Source: Schmidtea polychroa (lineage: Eukaryota). From it: a DNA stretch of 64,000 nucleotides. Shown in pieces: positions 37,155 to 49,495 of the stretch. Positions within the stretch are counted from its first letter, which is position 1; the number at the start of each line of letters is the position of its first letter. The stretch lies in the NCBI GenBank assembly GCA_044892525.1, contig CM097885.1, positions 22,632,001 through 22,696,000 of the forward strand, in the 5' to 3' direction. The notes under the pieces were generated by a model. That model made no database searches. It was given only the letters and a program-made list of their open reading frames with translations, and was not told where the DNA came from. The translations under genes and the position numbers were made by a program.

Positions 37155-37733
37155 ATGGAAGAAGTAAGAGAAGAAAAAATTTACCCAGAATTGTCATCAA
37201 GATATTATTCTTCCAAGGCTCCCTCAGCTCCCACAGAACTTGAAATTATGAGAGTAAAAGAATTTAAGTCAGAAACCTTACATTTACAAGATTTATTAAA
37301 GCATTATAAAAAAATTAAAAATAGATGGAATAAAGGGAATACAGTTTTAAAAGTTATAGGTTATTCTTTAGGATTTGCATCTGCAATATTAACAGTTATT
37401 TTACCTATAACTTTACCAGTTTTAACAATTGCACCTGTAATACTTGGAAGTATTTCAGTAGCTGATGGTTTCCTAACTGAAATAGTTTCACTATCTTATA
37501 CTTCTAAAAAGAAAAGTTTATATCGTGAAGTTTGTTTATCAATAGAATTAGGAATCTCTAAATTATTTTTATTTCAATTAAAAGCTTTGGAAGATGGAAT
37601 CTTAACTGATGATGAAATAATGAAATCAAATCAAATAATACAAGATATTAAAAATAATATTAATAGATTGAAAAGTGCTAATGTTATAACTAATAAAAAA
37701 ATTAAACGAGAGAAATGGTTAAAGAATTCTTAA
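37155..37733 (+). CDS. Polinton membrane protein with hydrophobic hairpin
   Basis: IYPEL..APSAP N-terminus; hydrophobic VIGYSLGFASAILTVILPITLPVLTIAPVILGSISVA; ALEDGILTDDE. Confidence 0.7.
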   Translation: MEEVREEKIYPELSSRYYSSKAPSAPTELEIMRVKEFKSETLHLQDLLKHYKKIKNRWNKGNTVLKVIGYSLGFASAILTVILPITLPVLTIAPVILGSISVADGFLTEIVSLSYTSKKKSLYREVCLSIELGISKLFLFQLKALEDGILTDDEIMKSNQIIQDIKNNINRLKSANVITNKKIKREKWLKNS

Positions 37734-37844
37734 AATTATAAATATATAAAATGGATGCATTTTTAAAAAAAGTAGATCAGGTTGCTATAGTTGCTTAAAT
37801 TAATTGTCGACATTTTATTATTAAAAAATTAAATATCGTTGGTT

Positions 37845-40800
37845 TCAGTTATGGTTGAAAGCCAACCTATGAATCATTAATTTATGATCTTTAAATTCTT
37901 TATCACTTAGACCTTTTATATATTCAGAATCAGTATTAAAATATTTAAGTTCTAAACATATAGGATTAAAAACTTGAGAATATAAAGGCTTCTCGATTTC
38001 TCTCTCGGGATAAATAATTTCAACATTATAAATATCAAGATCGGTAATATTTGTATCATATAACTTATTCAACTTTTCTAGATTTTTTATTATCGGTATT
38101 AAAATTTTTCCAATAGGTAGAGTTGTCTTTAAATCACTTAGGATGAATCTTTTATCATCATAATTTGATAATGATACTTTTTGAGATTCTATCAAGTGAA
38201 TATCATGGTTTTCACTTTTAAGTTGATGTATTTCATCAATTTTATCTTTATGATTTGGATTCAATGTATCTATATAATCTTGATGAGAAAGATTCTTTGC
38301 AACTGATTTCTGTATTCCTTTACATCTGTTATCCTTTACAGGTTTTTCTTCTTGTCCCTCTGGTCCTTTAGGAAATATAGGATATCTATGTGTAATGGTT
38401 TCTTCTGTTTCTGGAGTTTTAAATATAAATGATCTAGTTATAAATTCAGGGTTTCTAAATGTTTCGTATGAATATTGTTTAGCACGAATAAATATTCCAT
38501 TTTCTATAGGAGTAAAAGGTTTTTCATCTTTAAACGAAAATAATTCTCCAGATGAATTTATTAAATTTGAAAGTATAGGATTTTCGGCTATATCTCTTTG
38601 TAAATCATGAGTTCTTATTGTTAAAAACATTGAATCTGTATCCATTGCATGCATTGATATATTAGAACCATATATAGGTTGTAAGATGTTATAATATGTT
38701 TCATACATTTGTAATTTTGAAAGTTCTAAAATTGAAAACCCTATAAATATTGGTTTGTTGTATGTTTTCTCAAAATTCTTTAGTTCTATTGCAGTAAGAC
38801 TTTCAGAAAATACTTGTGCGTTTTTAAATGTAGGCTTTCCTAGCATACGATTATAACGCTTAATGTCTTTGGTAGTATTTGTTAGGAGTTCAATATGAGT
38901 ATATTTGTCTACATTTTCCATTGTCTTCCCAAAGACTGAATTGTTTAAAAGTTTATAATTATTATCTTTAAAAAGGTTACCTTCTCTTTTTGCAATGTTT
39001 CGACATCTAATGTTCTCTTCGATAAAAGCTTTCATGAATGGAGCTTGTTTAAATCTTATGACACTATGAACTTTTTTTAATATCATTCCTCGTGAGAGAT
39101 AAAATTGGAGGAGTCTATAGTGACAAAGATAATAAGTTCGATCTGTTTGATCACAAAGAAGTTTCATTGTTGGAGGTTTATCTTGTGAGATTTGCCATTC
39201 AGAAAGTTCGTTGATATCAATCTTTCTTCTTACAGGAGCTAAAGGAAAATATCTTGTTCCTGATTTTATATCATCTGGATATAATAAGTCACATTCTACA
39301 AAGTAACCTATTGGAAAATCTTTAGGAGTTGAAAGTATTTCTTTCATAAGGTCTTTTAAGGATTCTTCTGAGGAATCTTCAGAGTATATTTCATGAAAGT
39401 CACTCATTGGTAAATATTGAGTCATAATTCCTGAATATAAAGCTGTTGCATCTATATAAAGTATAAATATAGGATTTTTCATTGTTTCTAATAATTCTTT
39501 TAATTCCTCATTGTTAATTTTCATATATGGATCATCAGGGTGTTTAGAGAGTCTTCGGCTAGTAGTTATTGCATTTCTAGCTTTTATTTCTCTATTCCCC
39601 ATTACTGAAGAGACTCCTCCTCTAATGTTTGTTTTAATTTGATTAAACATATCGAGGTTAGTTAAAAGATCTATAATTTTATCAGATTCTTCTATATTTG
39701 AAGTCCAAATGGTATATAATAAAGTATCCCAAGCTAAAGAGGGTGCTGTTATATAATTGTAAGGTTTAAGAACAAAAGATTTTGTAAATTCTTCAAAGCA
39801 ATCTGCTAGAATATAAACATCCAAGGATAAATACATGTTGGTATATTCTCCTAAAGTTTTACACTTGAATAATTCCCACATTTTATTTGCTCGAGAATAT
39901 TCTTGATCTGTAATATGATATTTTTGAAGTTGTGAATAGAAATCTTTTTGGCTAGGAAGACTTGTTTCATTATATCTTTCAAATGAATCAACATAGTCAT
40001 AAGGATATATTCCTTTTGCTAAGCATGTAGAATATTCTTCTAGAGGAATATTATTTTTTTCCAAGAATTCTCGAGTGATTTTAAAATTTTCTGGTTTCAT
40101 TGTTTTTGCTACTGCATCTAGAGACATTTGGAGAAAGTTTAACGAGTCTATAAATTTTAATTTTCCATATTCAACTGATTTATATTTTTCCTTTGTAAGT
40201 CCTATAACTTTGAAAGAGTTTTTAGCATTTTCTGCTAATTGTTTAATAAATAGATGTATGTCATAACCAAAAAGATTATGAAATATAACAGGTACAAATT
40301 TAGGAGTATGACAATTAAGATTACAATTTTTATGAGCTGCTCCTCGATAATTATTTTCCTTTTTTAAATGATCATGATCGAGGACTTTTATATTCGGAGA
40401 CTCTTCAAATGGTTGTTTACACATCCAACAGTTGGAAGTGTTTTCATATTCTTGTTGTTGTTGATTAGAAATATTTTGAGGATAGTTTGTTTTTAATACT
40501 TTAAATATTTCATGTTCTAGATCATTTATACTTTTAGTAAAATGATTCAAGACTTCTGTTTCTGAAATTCCTCGAAATGTATATTCTCTAGATTCTATGA
40601 GTTCAGGATAATTACTTTTAAATAATAATTTATAAGCAGATGGTAATTGTTTAGTTTTTTTAACACTATTAGGTTTATTCCTTTTTCTTAGAAAGGCTTT
40701 CATCCTCTCTGGTTTCATCTTCTCTCCTGAGGAGTTCCAGGAATCCATGAGTTTATTTTTTTCTATTATTTTTAAATATTGTTTAACCAAATCTTGTTTA

Positions 40801-42185
40801 CGATTTATAGATTCAAAGTCCCCATAAAGCACTCCTACTGTTTGTAGTAAATTTGAAAAATTTTTAAAATACATCTTGGGGTTATTAGGCATTTTAATTA
40901 AAGCTGGATCATCTTTTTCACAAAATCTTGTATGTTTAATCATAGAGTTTTTAGTTGTTGAATAATGAAAACATCTTTTACATGTTCCTCCTCCACTAGT
41001 TGGATTCTCTGGTGATGTAAAAGCTTGAAAGTTTTTTATTAAAATATAATGTTGATTATTTTGTTGTTCCAAGATTAAAAGATATATCTCCCTAGTGTTA
41101 TCCTGGGGTTCGTTATCTCTAACTTCATAATCTGAAATATAAATTGGAATAATTTCTCTGCTATTAACATGTTTCCCTTTAACACGTTCATAAATATTAA
41201 TTTTAAGATTATTTAAACTTTCAAATTTTGGAATGTCTTCTAGTTTTATTGGATGTTTGAATCCTTTGGGAAATATTAATTCATTTTCATATTGTTTGTA
41301 TTTTGAAACTCTTTGAGGGTTTGATTCTTGAGGGTGTAAATGTGCAAGTATTGACCAGATGAAACATTTGTTATCATTATTCTGTATGTTTATAACATTT
41401 TTAGATTTAAAGGGTGTAGGAATATAAGATTTAGGATTAGGTGGTAATCCTCTCCAATAATCAATCACTAAAGTTTGGAAAGAGTTGAATACTAAGTTTG
41501 AATCTCCTAATTCATTTTCAACCTCTTCTTGTTTTGCTTCTACTGCTTGAATTATTTCTTTGATGGTTTTATCAAATCCTTTAGTTGAAAATAAATATTT
41601 AAAGGGTATTCCAATTTCAACATCTAAAGGTGTTGTCTTTTCTTCTGCTCCTCGCCAGTATTTTGCTTTGATTATAATTTTATATTTTATAACATTATAC
41701 CTTGTCGGTTTATAATTTTTTAAAGCTTCAGTGAAAGAATTTTTAATATTTTTTTTATTTTTATTTATATATTCTCCAGGAGTTATAGGTCCATTGATTT
41801 CTAATTGAAATTCATCTACATGATTAAAATCATCCCAGTTATATTTTTCTCTTTCAACATGATCAGGTTCTCCTTCTGAATGACATTCCTCATCGTCAGA
41901 ATTTTGTTTTTTATTTTTACATTCTTTTATATGTTCTAAATAATAGAAATTTACTTTTGTTGAAAAGTTACAGTGAGAACATGTAAATATTTCTCTATTT
42001 TTCCCGATACAATTTTCAAAATGTTTATTATATCCAGAATGTAGAAATCTTCCTTTACATTTAGGAAAAACTTTTGAATTTGTATCATTAAGATTGTTTT
42101 CTTTTAATAAATGAGCTTTCGATTTTAAGTGAGAAATTAATCCAGTTTTATTTTTAAAAACTTTATTACAAATATTACAATTCAT
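37845..42185 (-). CDS. polB: Protein-primed family B DNA polymerase with N-terminal C2H2 fingers and endonuclease VII-like insert
   Basis: Intact 1446 aa; YGDFES, FHNLFGYDIH, FIDSLNF, KGIYPYDY, YIDATALY, KLLNNSVFGKTMEN, MDTDS; CWMC...DHDH...YRGAAHKNCNL. Confidence 0.96.
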   Translation of the reverse strand: MNCNICNKVFKNKTGLISHLKSKAHLLKENNLNDTNSKVFPKCKGRFLHSGYNKHFENCIGKNREIFTCSHCNFSTKVNFYYLEHIKECKNKKQNSDDEECHSEGEPDHVEREKYNWDDFNHVDEFQLEINGPITPGEYINKNKKNIKNSFTEALKNYKPTRYNVIKYKIIIKAKYWRGAEEKTTPLDVEIGIPFKYLFSTKGFDKTIKEIIQAVEAKQEEVENELGDSNLVFNSFQTLVIDYWRGLPPNPKSYIPTPFKSKNVINIQNNDNKCFIWSILAHLHPQESNPQRVSKYKQYENELIFPKGFKHPIKLEDIPKFESLNNLKINIYERVKGKHVNSREIIPIYISDYEVRDNEPQDNTREIYLLILEQQNNQHYILIKNFQAFTSPENPTSGGGTCKRCFHYSTTKNSMIKHTRFCEKDDPALIKMPNNPKMYFKNFSNLLQTVGVLYGDFESINRKQDLVKQYLKIIEKNKLMDSWNSSGEKMKPERMKAFLRKRNKPNSVKKTKQLPSAYKLLFKSNYPELIESREYTFRGISETEVLNHFTKSINDLEHEIFKVLKTNYPQNISNQQQQEYENTSNCWMCKQPFEESPNIKVLDHDHLKKENNYRGAAHKNCNLNCHTPKFVPVIFHNLFGYDIHLFIKQLAENAKNSFKVIGLTKEKYKSVEYGKLKFIDSLNFLQMSLDAVAKTMKPENFKITREFLEKNNIPLEEYSTCLAKGIYPYDYVDSFERYNETSLPSQKDFYSQLQKYHITDQEYSRANKMWELFKCKTLGEYTNMYLSLDVYILADCFEEFTKSFVLKPYNYITAPSLAWDTLLYTIWTSNIEESDKIIDLLTNLDMFNQIKTNIRGGVSSVMGNREIKARNAITTSRRLSKHPDDPYMKINNEELKELLETMKNPIFILYIDATALYSGIMTQYLPMSDFHEIYSEDSSEESLKDLMKEILSTPKDFPIGYFVECDLLYPDDIKSGTRYFPLAPVRRKIDINELSEWQISQDKPPTMKLLCDQTDRTYYLCHYRLLQFYLSRGMILKKVHSVIRFKQAPFMKAFIEENIRCRNIAKREGNLFKDNNYKLLNNSVFGKTMENVDKYTHIELLTNTTKDIKRYNRMLGKPTFKNAQVFSESLTAIELKNFEKTYNKPIFIGFSILELSKLQMYETYYNILQPIYGSNISMHAMDTDSMFLTIRTHDLQRDIAENPILSNLINSSGELFSFKDEKPFTPIENGIFIRAKQYSYETFRNPEFITRSFIFKTPETEETITHRYPIFPKGPEGQEEKPVKDNRCKGIQKSVAKNLSHQDYIDTLNPNHKDKIDEIHQLKSENHDIHLIESQKVSLSNYDDKRFILSDLKTTLPIGKILIPIIKNLEKLNKLYDTNITDLDIYNVEIIYPEREIEKPLYSQVFNPICLELKYFNTDSEYIKGLSDKEFKDHKLMIHRLAFNHN

Positions 42186-42274
42186 TTTTAGAAAAAAAAT
42201 TTTTATTGGATATCCTGTTTTGATTTTTTATGTTTTTATATTTATTTTCATAATGTGACAGTATAAAAAATAAC

Positions 42275-43200
42275 AAAAATCCAAACCTAGATAGCGCAGT
42301 GGGCTAGACTGGCACCGTGGTTCAAATGGATAGCGGTTCAAATCCTAACTGTGGTTAGTTTTTTTTCAACATAAAATAATATTAAAAATTTGAAAATAAT
42401 AGTGTGGGTATCTTAGATTTATAAAGTAGTTGTATATTTTATTTTATTTTATTTATTTTATTAATTATTTTATTTTTAAACATAAATATGAAAAAAAAAT
42501 TATTGAAACGGGTGATGGTGGCGAACCGGTAATTATCGCCACCAGTCTTTCGAACACCCCCGGATCGATTCTTTAATGTGTACATTTATTTCTCAGTTGT
42601 TTTCGGACCTCTTTCGGATTCACTTTCGAATTCATTTGTACTTTCGAGCAGCACACTTAAAACGCCGATGAAATCGTATTCGAGCGAGAAGCGAATAATA
42701 AGGTGTGCTGCTATTATCGGATTGATTCTGATGTATGAGTCTGGCCAGCTTGTATATTAGAAGAGATTTGATAAACGAAAGAGGTTGAAATGATCCGGAT
42801 CAAAAAAACTGTTGAGGGGACAGTGAAAAAAAAAAAAAAATACCACTGTCCCCTCAGAGCAGTTTTACTATTTTTCATTTATTTTTTAATTTTTATAATT
42901 TAAAATTAATAATCTGATAAAGATCGACTCCGGAGTTTGATTACGATCAGTAGTGTGTATATAGCCCTATCCCAAATAGCCCTCTAACTTTTTCATAATG
43001 CCATTTTCTTTTCTATTCTCTTTTTAGTTTGAAGCTTTTGAGTTTGAGGCTTTAAAGATTAAGGGTGGTTGTTGTTTAAAATATGGGGTTAAAATACTAT
43101 AAAAGCATAGGTTTTATGTTGTTTTTCCAATGGTTTAAGCGTAATGGAGGTATGTTTTTGTTGGGAGGGTTGTGTTGGTTGGGTATATATACACACTACT
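42275..43200 (-). repeat. Polinton right TIR (~926 bp)
   Basis: Reverse complement of 29961-30899. Confidence 0.95.
42285..42366 (+). ncRNA. tRNA-like Pol III unit A (right TIR copy), divergent from polB
   Basis: A box TAGCGCAGTGG 42292-42302; GGTTCAAAT 42319-42327; GGTTCAAATCC 42335-42345; T8 42359-42366. Confidence 0.6.
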
Positions 43201-43298
43201 TCGAAGACATATGGGTCAGTCCAGCTGATACGGAAAATTTCTTTGGTCGAATAGAAGGTGTCGATGACAAAGGTTTCAGCTTCTCGAATGATTGCCAT
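43201..43298 (-). pseudogene. hsp90: Hsp90 pseudogene fragment, upstream part
   Basis: MAIIREAETFVIDTFYSTKEIFRISWTDPYVF resembles Hsp90 ETF...IINTFYSNKEIF...SLTDP with internal deletions; reads in frame into 29954 once one TSD copy is removed. Confidence 0.8.
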
Positions 43299-43504
43299 TT
43301 GTTTTTTGATGTGGGTTAGTGATTGAAATGGTGAAAGATGCATGAGTTCTTAATAATGCTTTTCTTTTTTTAAAATGGATTTTTTGAATATTTAAACAAT
43401 CAATTTAGTTTAATTAATTTAATGATATATAAGTTTAATTATTAAGTTGATATTTTGATTAATGTGGAAGGCAAAGACACTAAACTACCTTTGTCACGCG
43501 ATTT

Positions 43505-43632
<128 letters not shown>

Positions 43633-44618
43633 GATCATCATTGACTGACTATATAATTTATATATAGGTATATTTTTTCCAAAAGATTTTTCGTTTTGTT
43701 TATTGTGATCAATTTTGGTCATTTGATCCCGTGGCTTTATAACGATCAAGAGTGAAGGTGCATATTGAATCGAATCCACAACAAGGAAGATTATTAAATC
43801 ACCAGAGACAATTCACACGCAATGTAGGATTTCAAGAAACTCTTTCTTAAATTTGCATAATATTAGCAGAAATTGACTTTTTAATAAATATGTCGTGTAT
43901 ATTACATAAAAGTAAATGTTATTTTTCAATGGGTGCTTTAAGCACCTTACAACTAACTAGTATTTTAATAATTTTAGTTTACAGACACAATCAAGTTCTT
44001 ATGTAGAGAGTCATGTGTACTGTGGTTGTGAAGGGATCCGATAAATACAATTTATGATCTAATATGAAATGAAATAAAGATAAAATAAAAAATGAAAATA
44101 AATCAAAGGTGAAAAAAGCCCCCCTCCCCGCGTAATAATATATATATTCTTAAAGACATTCAACTGGATTGTTCTGACCTTCGAGCCATCTAATAACAGT
44201 ATCCAACATTTTTATAGCTTTGTTAATATATTTGTTATCTTAACATGTATATATTTACCTCTCTAACCAAGTTTTTTGTATGTTTATCATATTTGAAATA
44301 TATATCCACGTTATATCCGAGTACGCGCTATAAAGGGGCCTTATAAGCGGGGTCTACTGTATATTGCTTGTTGGGGTTAAAAAATAAAAGTTATTACAAT
44401 TTTTTTAAAAAGGATATAGAAGTGTAACAACTTACCCCTGTGAAGCGCTTATTTTCACCGTGTTCCGTCTATTTAAATATATTCATTTAATTATATATTA
44501 ATTCAAAGTTTATTAATTAAATTCATTGCATTACAACATATTTTATTAATTTTGAGTGAAACATTTTTAATCCTTTCAAGAACTTACTGATAGCAAATAA
44601 ATTTAATAGCAAATAAAT

Positions 44619-45197
44619 TTAACCTTCGAAAAGATTAGTTGAACTGCGAGAAATGTTCTCAGGAAGCACGGGCATCAATTTCGAGGAAATAGCAGACATG
44701 GAAAAACTAGGACTGTTATGAAAATTTGAAATCTCGATTTTCGGTACGGCCGAACTCAAAAGAGTATTACTTTCGAAAGGTTCTGGATTGCTTTCTAGAA
44801 CTGGTTCTGAAGAAATAAGTGATGGATTTTTGATATGTTTATTTGATCGATGACTGAGAACTCGATCAACTTTGCTAGTAGTAGCAACTTCAATGACACC
44901 GCACTTTGCTATGATCGAATCATCAAAGAATGGTTCTTGAGAAATGGGCTTGTAAATTTCAGTGTTCAAATCAGATTTTAAACTGTTGTCATTTTGCATA
45001 AAATTGATCATCGAAGACAAAGAAGATGAGTTCACTTGTTCTGGAATTCCTTTGAATTTCTCTGGGAGATTATTGAAAGTTTCAAGTATACATCCACAGC
45101 TGCTTGAACGAGATCGCCTGACATTGTTTCGGCTGACAATTTTTCTCTTTCCATCATTCTGAAAGAATCCAATTTTCTCTCGAATACTACCAACAGG
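44619..45197 (-). CDS. Large Ser-rich candidate host exon, product unknown
   Basis: ~190 open codons after a TTTTCTTTTGTTATTCAG acceptor (PVGSIREKIGFFQNDGKRKIVSRNNVRRSRSSS...STNLFEG); GC above background. Confidence 0.6.
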   Translation of the reverse strand, partial: PVGSIREKIGFFQNDGKRKIVSRNNVRRSRSSSCGCILETFNNLPEKFKGIPEQVNSSSLSSMINFMQNDNSLKSDLNTEIYKPISQEPFFDDSIIAKCGVIEVATTSKVDRVLSHRSNKHIKNPSLISSEPVLESNPEPFESNTLLSSAVPKIEISNFHNSPSFSMSAISSKLMPVLPENISRSSTNLFEG

Positions 45198-46199
45198 CTG
45201 AATAACAAAAGAAAAACTAAAATAAAAAAAAATAGCTCAACGAAAAACGAAATCTATTTATCGGACTATTTCATTGAAAATTGTAGTCCAACTTCAAATA
45301 GGGCGACATAATTTCTGTGTCTCTCTTACACTGTGCTCGTTGACAATTTCAGTTGATATTTATATAGACCAAATTATTTTTTTTTCCACAGTGGATTTTC
45401 GATAAAAAATCATCGAGTATGTTTAATTTAATTATTAGTTGTGACAACATTAGAATTTGAAAAAAAAATTATCCGATGATAATAATAGATTGAAAATTTC
45501 AGTCAGCCTTTATAGAGGAGTTGAATAATTAAATGATTTACATTAAATCGTAAAGATTTTTTTCTGTTAGAAAAATTTCTGAAAAAAGTTTACTTGAAAG
45601 GAAAAATATTATTGATTTTGTCGAAAAACAAAAATCGATTGAAAAAGTGCAAAATATCAATTAAATAAAATTTCAGAAAATCCTCAAATTATGTGATTAA
45701 TTTTTTTTTGAAGTAATCCATTAGTTTCAAAGGTTAAGTGAAAGTAAAATGGACCTACATAGATTTGTTAAAATATTTGTATTTATAGAAATTATTATTT
45801 ATTCAGATACTATTTACATAATGATTTCTGCGTACATACATATAAGTAGAAACTACTTATTAAACTACTGATCCAGCGTTATTTGCTTAACAGACTTATT
45901 CTTTTCCTCATAAAAGATAGTAATAGCAATGGCATTATTAGGATTCTAATCCGTAAGAACATTAATATCTGTTTGTAAATCACTAAATAATTCCAAAATT
46001 TTATTTAATAAATTATACACTCAAAAACTCATCTTTTCTTTTGTTTCTTATTTAAACAAATTTCAATTTTTCTTTTAAAATATTTTTAAAAATGTTAAAT
46101 TTCAATCTTCTTTTTAAAATATACTTCGATAAAAATATTTTTAAAATTTAACAAAATTTCTAATTAAAACTTTTAGAATTTTCCATCTTCCTCATAGGC

Positions 46200-47000
46200 A
46201 TCATTCACTGGTTTAGAAACTCTTGCAAATCGTTCTGTATGAAGCCAGCGAATCCAATCTCAATAATATTTAAATATTCAGCCATCTTCTTGGTTTCAAA
46301 CTTCTTCAGTTGTTCACTTTCTTGCTATTCTCTTTCAGATGCGGGAATTTCATCAAGAATTCGATGCTCAGTTATATTGAATAGCTGGTGATTAATTTGA
46401 CGACATCCTCTACTTTCAGATTTAGGTTAGGTTCTTTGTTAATTTTGACTAGTTTGTTAAAAACATTGTCAAATTCTTCAGTTTGCATATTATATGGGAT
46501 CAATTATGGGATGAGCTTATCCCATATGTTACTCATCGTAGATATTGCAATTTAACTCCAGAAATCACCCATATATTTTATGAGTTTTATAAATGTTAGA
46601 CTGTATCCACCAGAATTCGGTTTATGATTTGCCGCTTTGTCCACAAAAGATATAACTGTGTCTAAATGTGTTCCCTACGTAATACTTTTTAAATGTATGA
46701 ATTACACCTTCGTCCATTGGTTGAATATCGGATGTTGTATTTGATAGAATGAACATAATTTTTTTTGTTTTTACTATATTCACAAGATGGATGATCCGAA
46801 GCATTATCAACTAACAATAAAATGTTAAATGGAGAATTATTCTCTTTGCAAAACTTTTCACTTTAGTATAGAATGATGTCGAAACCAGTCTTCAAAGTTA
46901 TTTTGAATTATCTATGCACTTCGATTGAATTTCCAAATAACAGGTAGTGATGATTTAGAAATATTCTTCAAGACCCTTGGGTTTCCAACACGATAAATTA
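46200..47000 (-). pseudogene. pogo/Tigger DDE_1 transposase relic
   Basis: NTTSDIQPMDEGVIHTFKKYY motif; many stops. Confidence 0.7.
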
Positions 47001-49495
47001 GAACAAATTTAACTATTTTTCTATTTTAACTATTTGAATGTATAAAATAATAAGCATTGGAAATATTTTGTATTGTCAACGTCTTAATTTGTATTTGATT
47101 TTTCACAAGCCAAGAAAACAGTTATTCACATATAAAATGACCATATAAACGTAGCCGTTTAAAGAAAAAAGTTGTCTACTTATTTCAAATTTTAAGCATT
47201 GGCACTGAACTTTCCATGTGTTATTTCACTTGCTATAAGATTTAAAACATGCAGTGCTGAAAATTTATGTTAAGCATACAACTAAATGTAATATTTTAAG
47301 CGAGAAAAGTAGTTCAACTTTTATATAGTTGATTGGTATTGTATTTATTAAAATCAGTAAATATATCGATGTTTTGTTTGATATTCACAAATTTTCGGCA
47401 CTGGCTTTTTCAAGTGACTTTGGTATTGTTAATGTAAATATAATGCAGACATTTACAAAAGAAATAAAGTTTAAAATATTTATATAAAATGGATGATTAT
47501 ATTTTCCTCGCACTTAATGTACAGCTGGATAAAAAGGTATAGCCAAACGCGCTTTAAAGAATATTAGATAGGTATATAAAGAAAAAAAACCCTCTCTGTT
47601 TAAAGTGTTTCAATAAGTAAAACAATTTAATAACAATCGATGAAATGTATGATTTCTAATTATATTTCTACAACTAAAATGTGAAGAAAAAGGTGAAGAA
47701 CAATAAAATATTTCACTAGATTAAAGTGCAATATTTTCAATAATTGTTCCAAATACAGAATTCAGTAAAATAATAAAGCCCAAAATTGATTAATCAGGCA
47801 TTAATCAATTAATTAATCAGTTGCGAGTATCGATAAATCTATTAAATCAATACACAATCAATCATATCTACTGTAAAGAGTTTGATAAAATCCATTTTTA
47901 ACGTAATTAATAATTTTTTAAATAATTTATAAATAATTTAATTATACTGTAATGATTTTAAATTATAAAAAATAGAATCATAATAATTTAAACCGTAATA
48001 TTATAATTAATTCTTTCGCAGTTTTAGCGGTAATTAAATAAATTTTTATTTCAATTGGTTAGATTTTAATTTTTCAAGAATTTTGTAGACTTTAAATCGT
48101 TACAAAACGTAAAATAGTCAAAATCTGAAACTTTTTGTGAAATTTTATTGATTATAGGACTTTTTTATTGATTCCCATTAAATTATGATTTCCGCTTATC
48201 CATTTCACAATGGAAAAAGATATTTTCACTGTGTGCACGACATAAATAATATTATTTCCCAGTATTATAGCCCAACAATTGATGGATAAACATTTTAGTT
48301 TATTTTTATTTTGAAGAAATTTGATTTTATAAACAAAAATTTAAACTTCATATCTATAAAATAAATTATTCTTCAAACTCTGTTTATAATACCATATTTA
48401 GATTCAAAGTTAAATGTGAAAAAAAAATAAAATTAATAAAATATATATATATATATATATATATTAATTTGCATAGGTTCACGAGCTACGTTAAAAATTC
48501 AGGAGGCACTGTAATGGCTAATGGTGGAAATGTAATTTCAAGAGGTAATGCTAGCAAAGTTTCATCTATCAATTCTCAAAGTGATAATAGGAAACAATGG
48601 TCGACAATAGTGCATGTCCTGAAATTGAATCGACGTCTGAATAATACAATAATTATTTATTTTTTAAAATGAGTGATATGAACTTTAAATATTTATATAA
48701 AAATATTTATGTAGTATTTGAATAAGTTAAATTAATCATAATTAACTAATTATCTATGCTATAAACAAAATATACATGTGTATGTCTGACTGCCTGTCAC
48801 AAGAACTCCTTCCAAACGGTGAAGTGGCGATGAGACATTTACACATGTCATTTTGGTTACTATTTCTAGTTCAGCTGTTCTATTTTTAACTTTCAACTTT
48901 TTTTTCGCTCAAAGTCACTGACTTGGACTTAACAAGCGAGTACTTCTCACGTGGAAAGCTGTGAGCGGACCTAAATAATTTTATTCTGTTTTACGATCTA
49001 CGTCCTCTTTTTTAAAAATAGATGCATTATTCAATTAAAATCTAATAATAAAAAATGACATTTTCATTATATAAGCTGATTGTTAATAGAACTTGATGCG
49101 AGTGGTTTATATAATTTGTATTTGTAGTATTATTATTTAAGATATAGTTTTGTCAATGGAAGTGGTGAGAGGCCGACAGAGTCTCCGATTTATATTGGGA
49201 CAGTCGGGGTGATTGCGAATACGTATTTTAAATAACAGAACAAAATTAAACTTTACAATAAAATAATATTAAATAAAATTTGCGTTACAACAAACAACAG
49301 AACCATGAAAGTTTTACTTTGTATACCGAGTATGAATTGAGGTAAGGTAGGATGCTGTTAATATAATTAAATATGGAAAGTTAAAATATTTTCTTCTCTA
49401 TATCTGAATATTCTAAAGGAAGAGTTTGATCTTGTATGATTCGAGATATGAATAAACTGAATTGTATAGTGGCAGTATTTGAGGGAAGGTAGGAT

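Larger units (their letters stand above)
29961..43200. mobile_element. Polinton/Maverick (adintovirus-like endogenous virus), full-length boundaries, partly decayed
   Basis: 5'-AGTAGT...ACTACT-3' termini; 6-bp TSD TCGAAG (29955-29960, 43201-43206); long TIRs; pPolB, rve integrase, ATPase, adenain-like protease, major and minor capsid genes. Confidence 0.98.
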
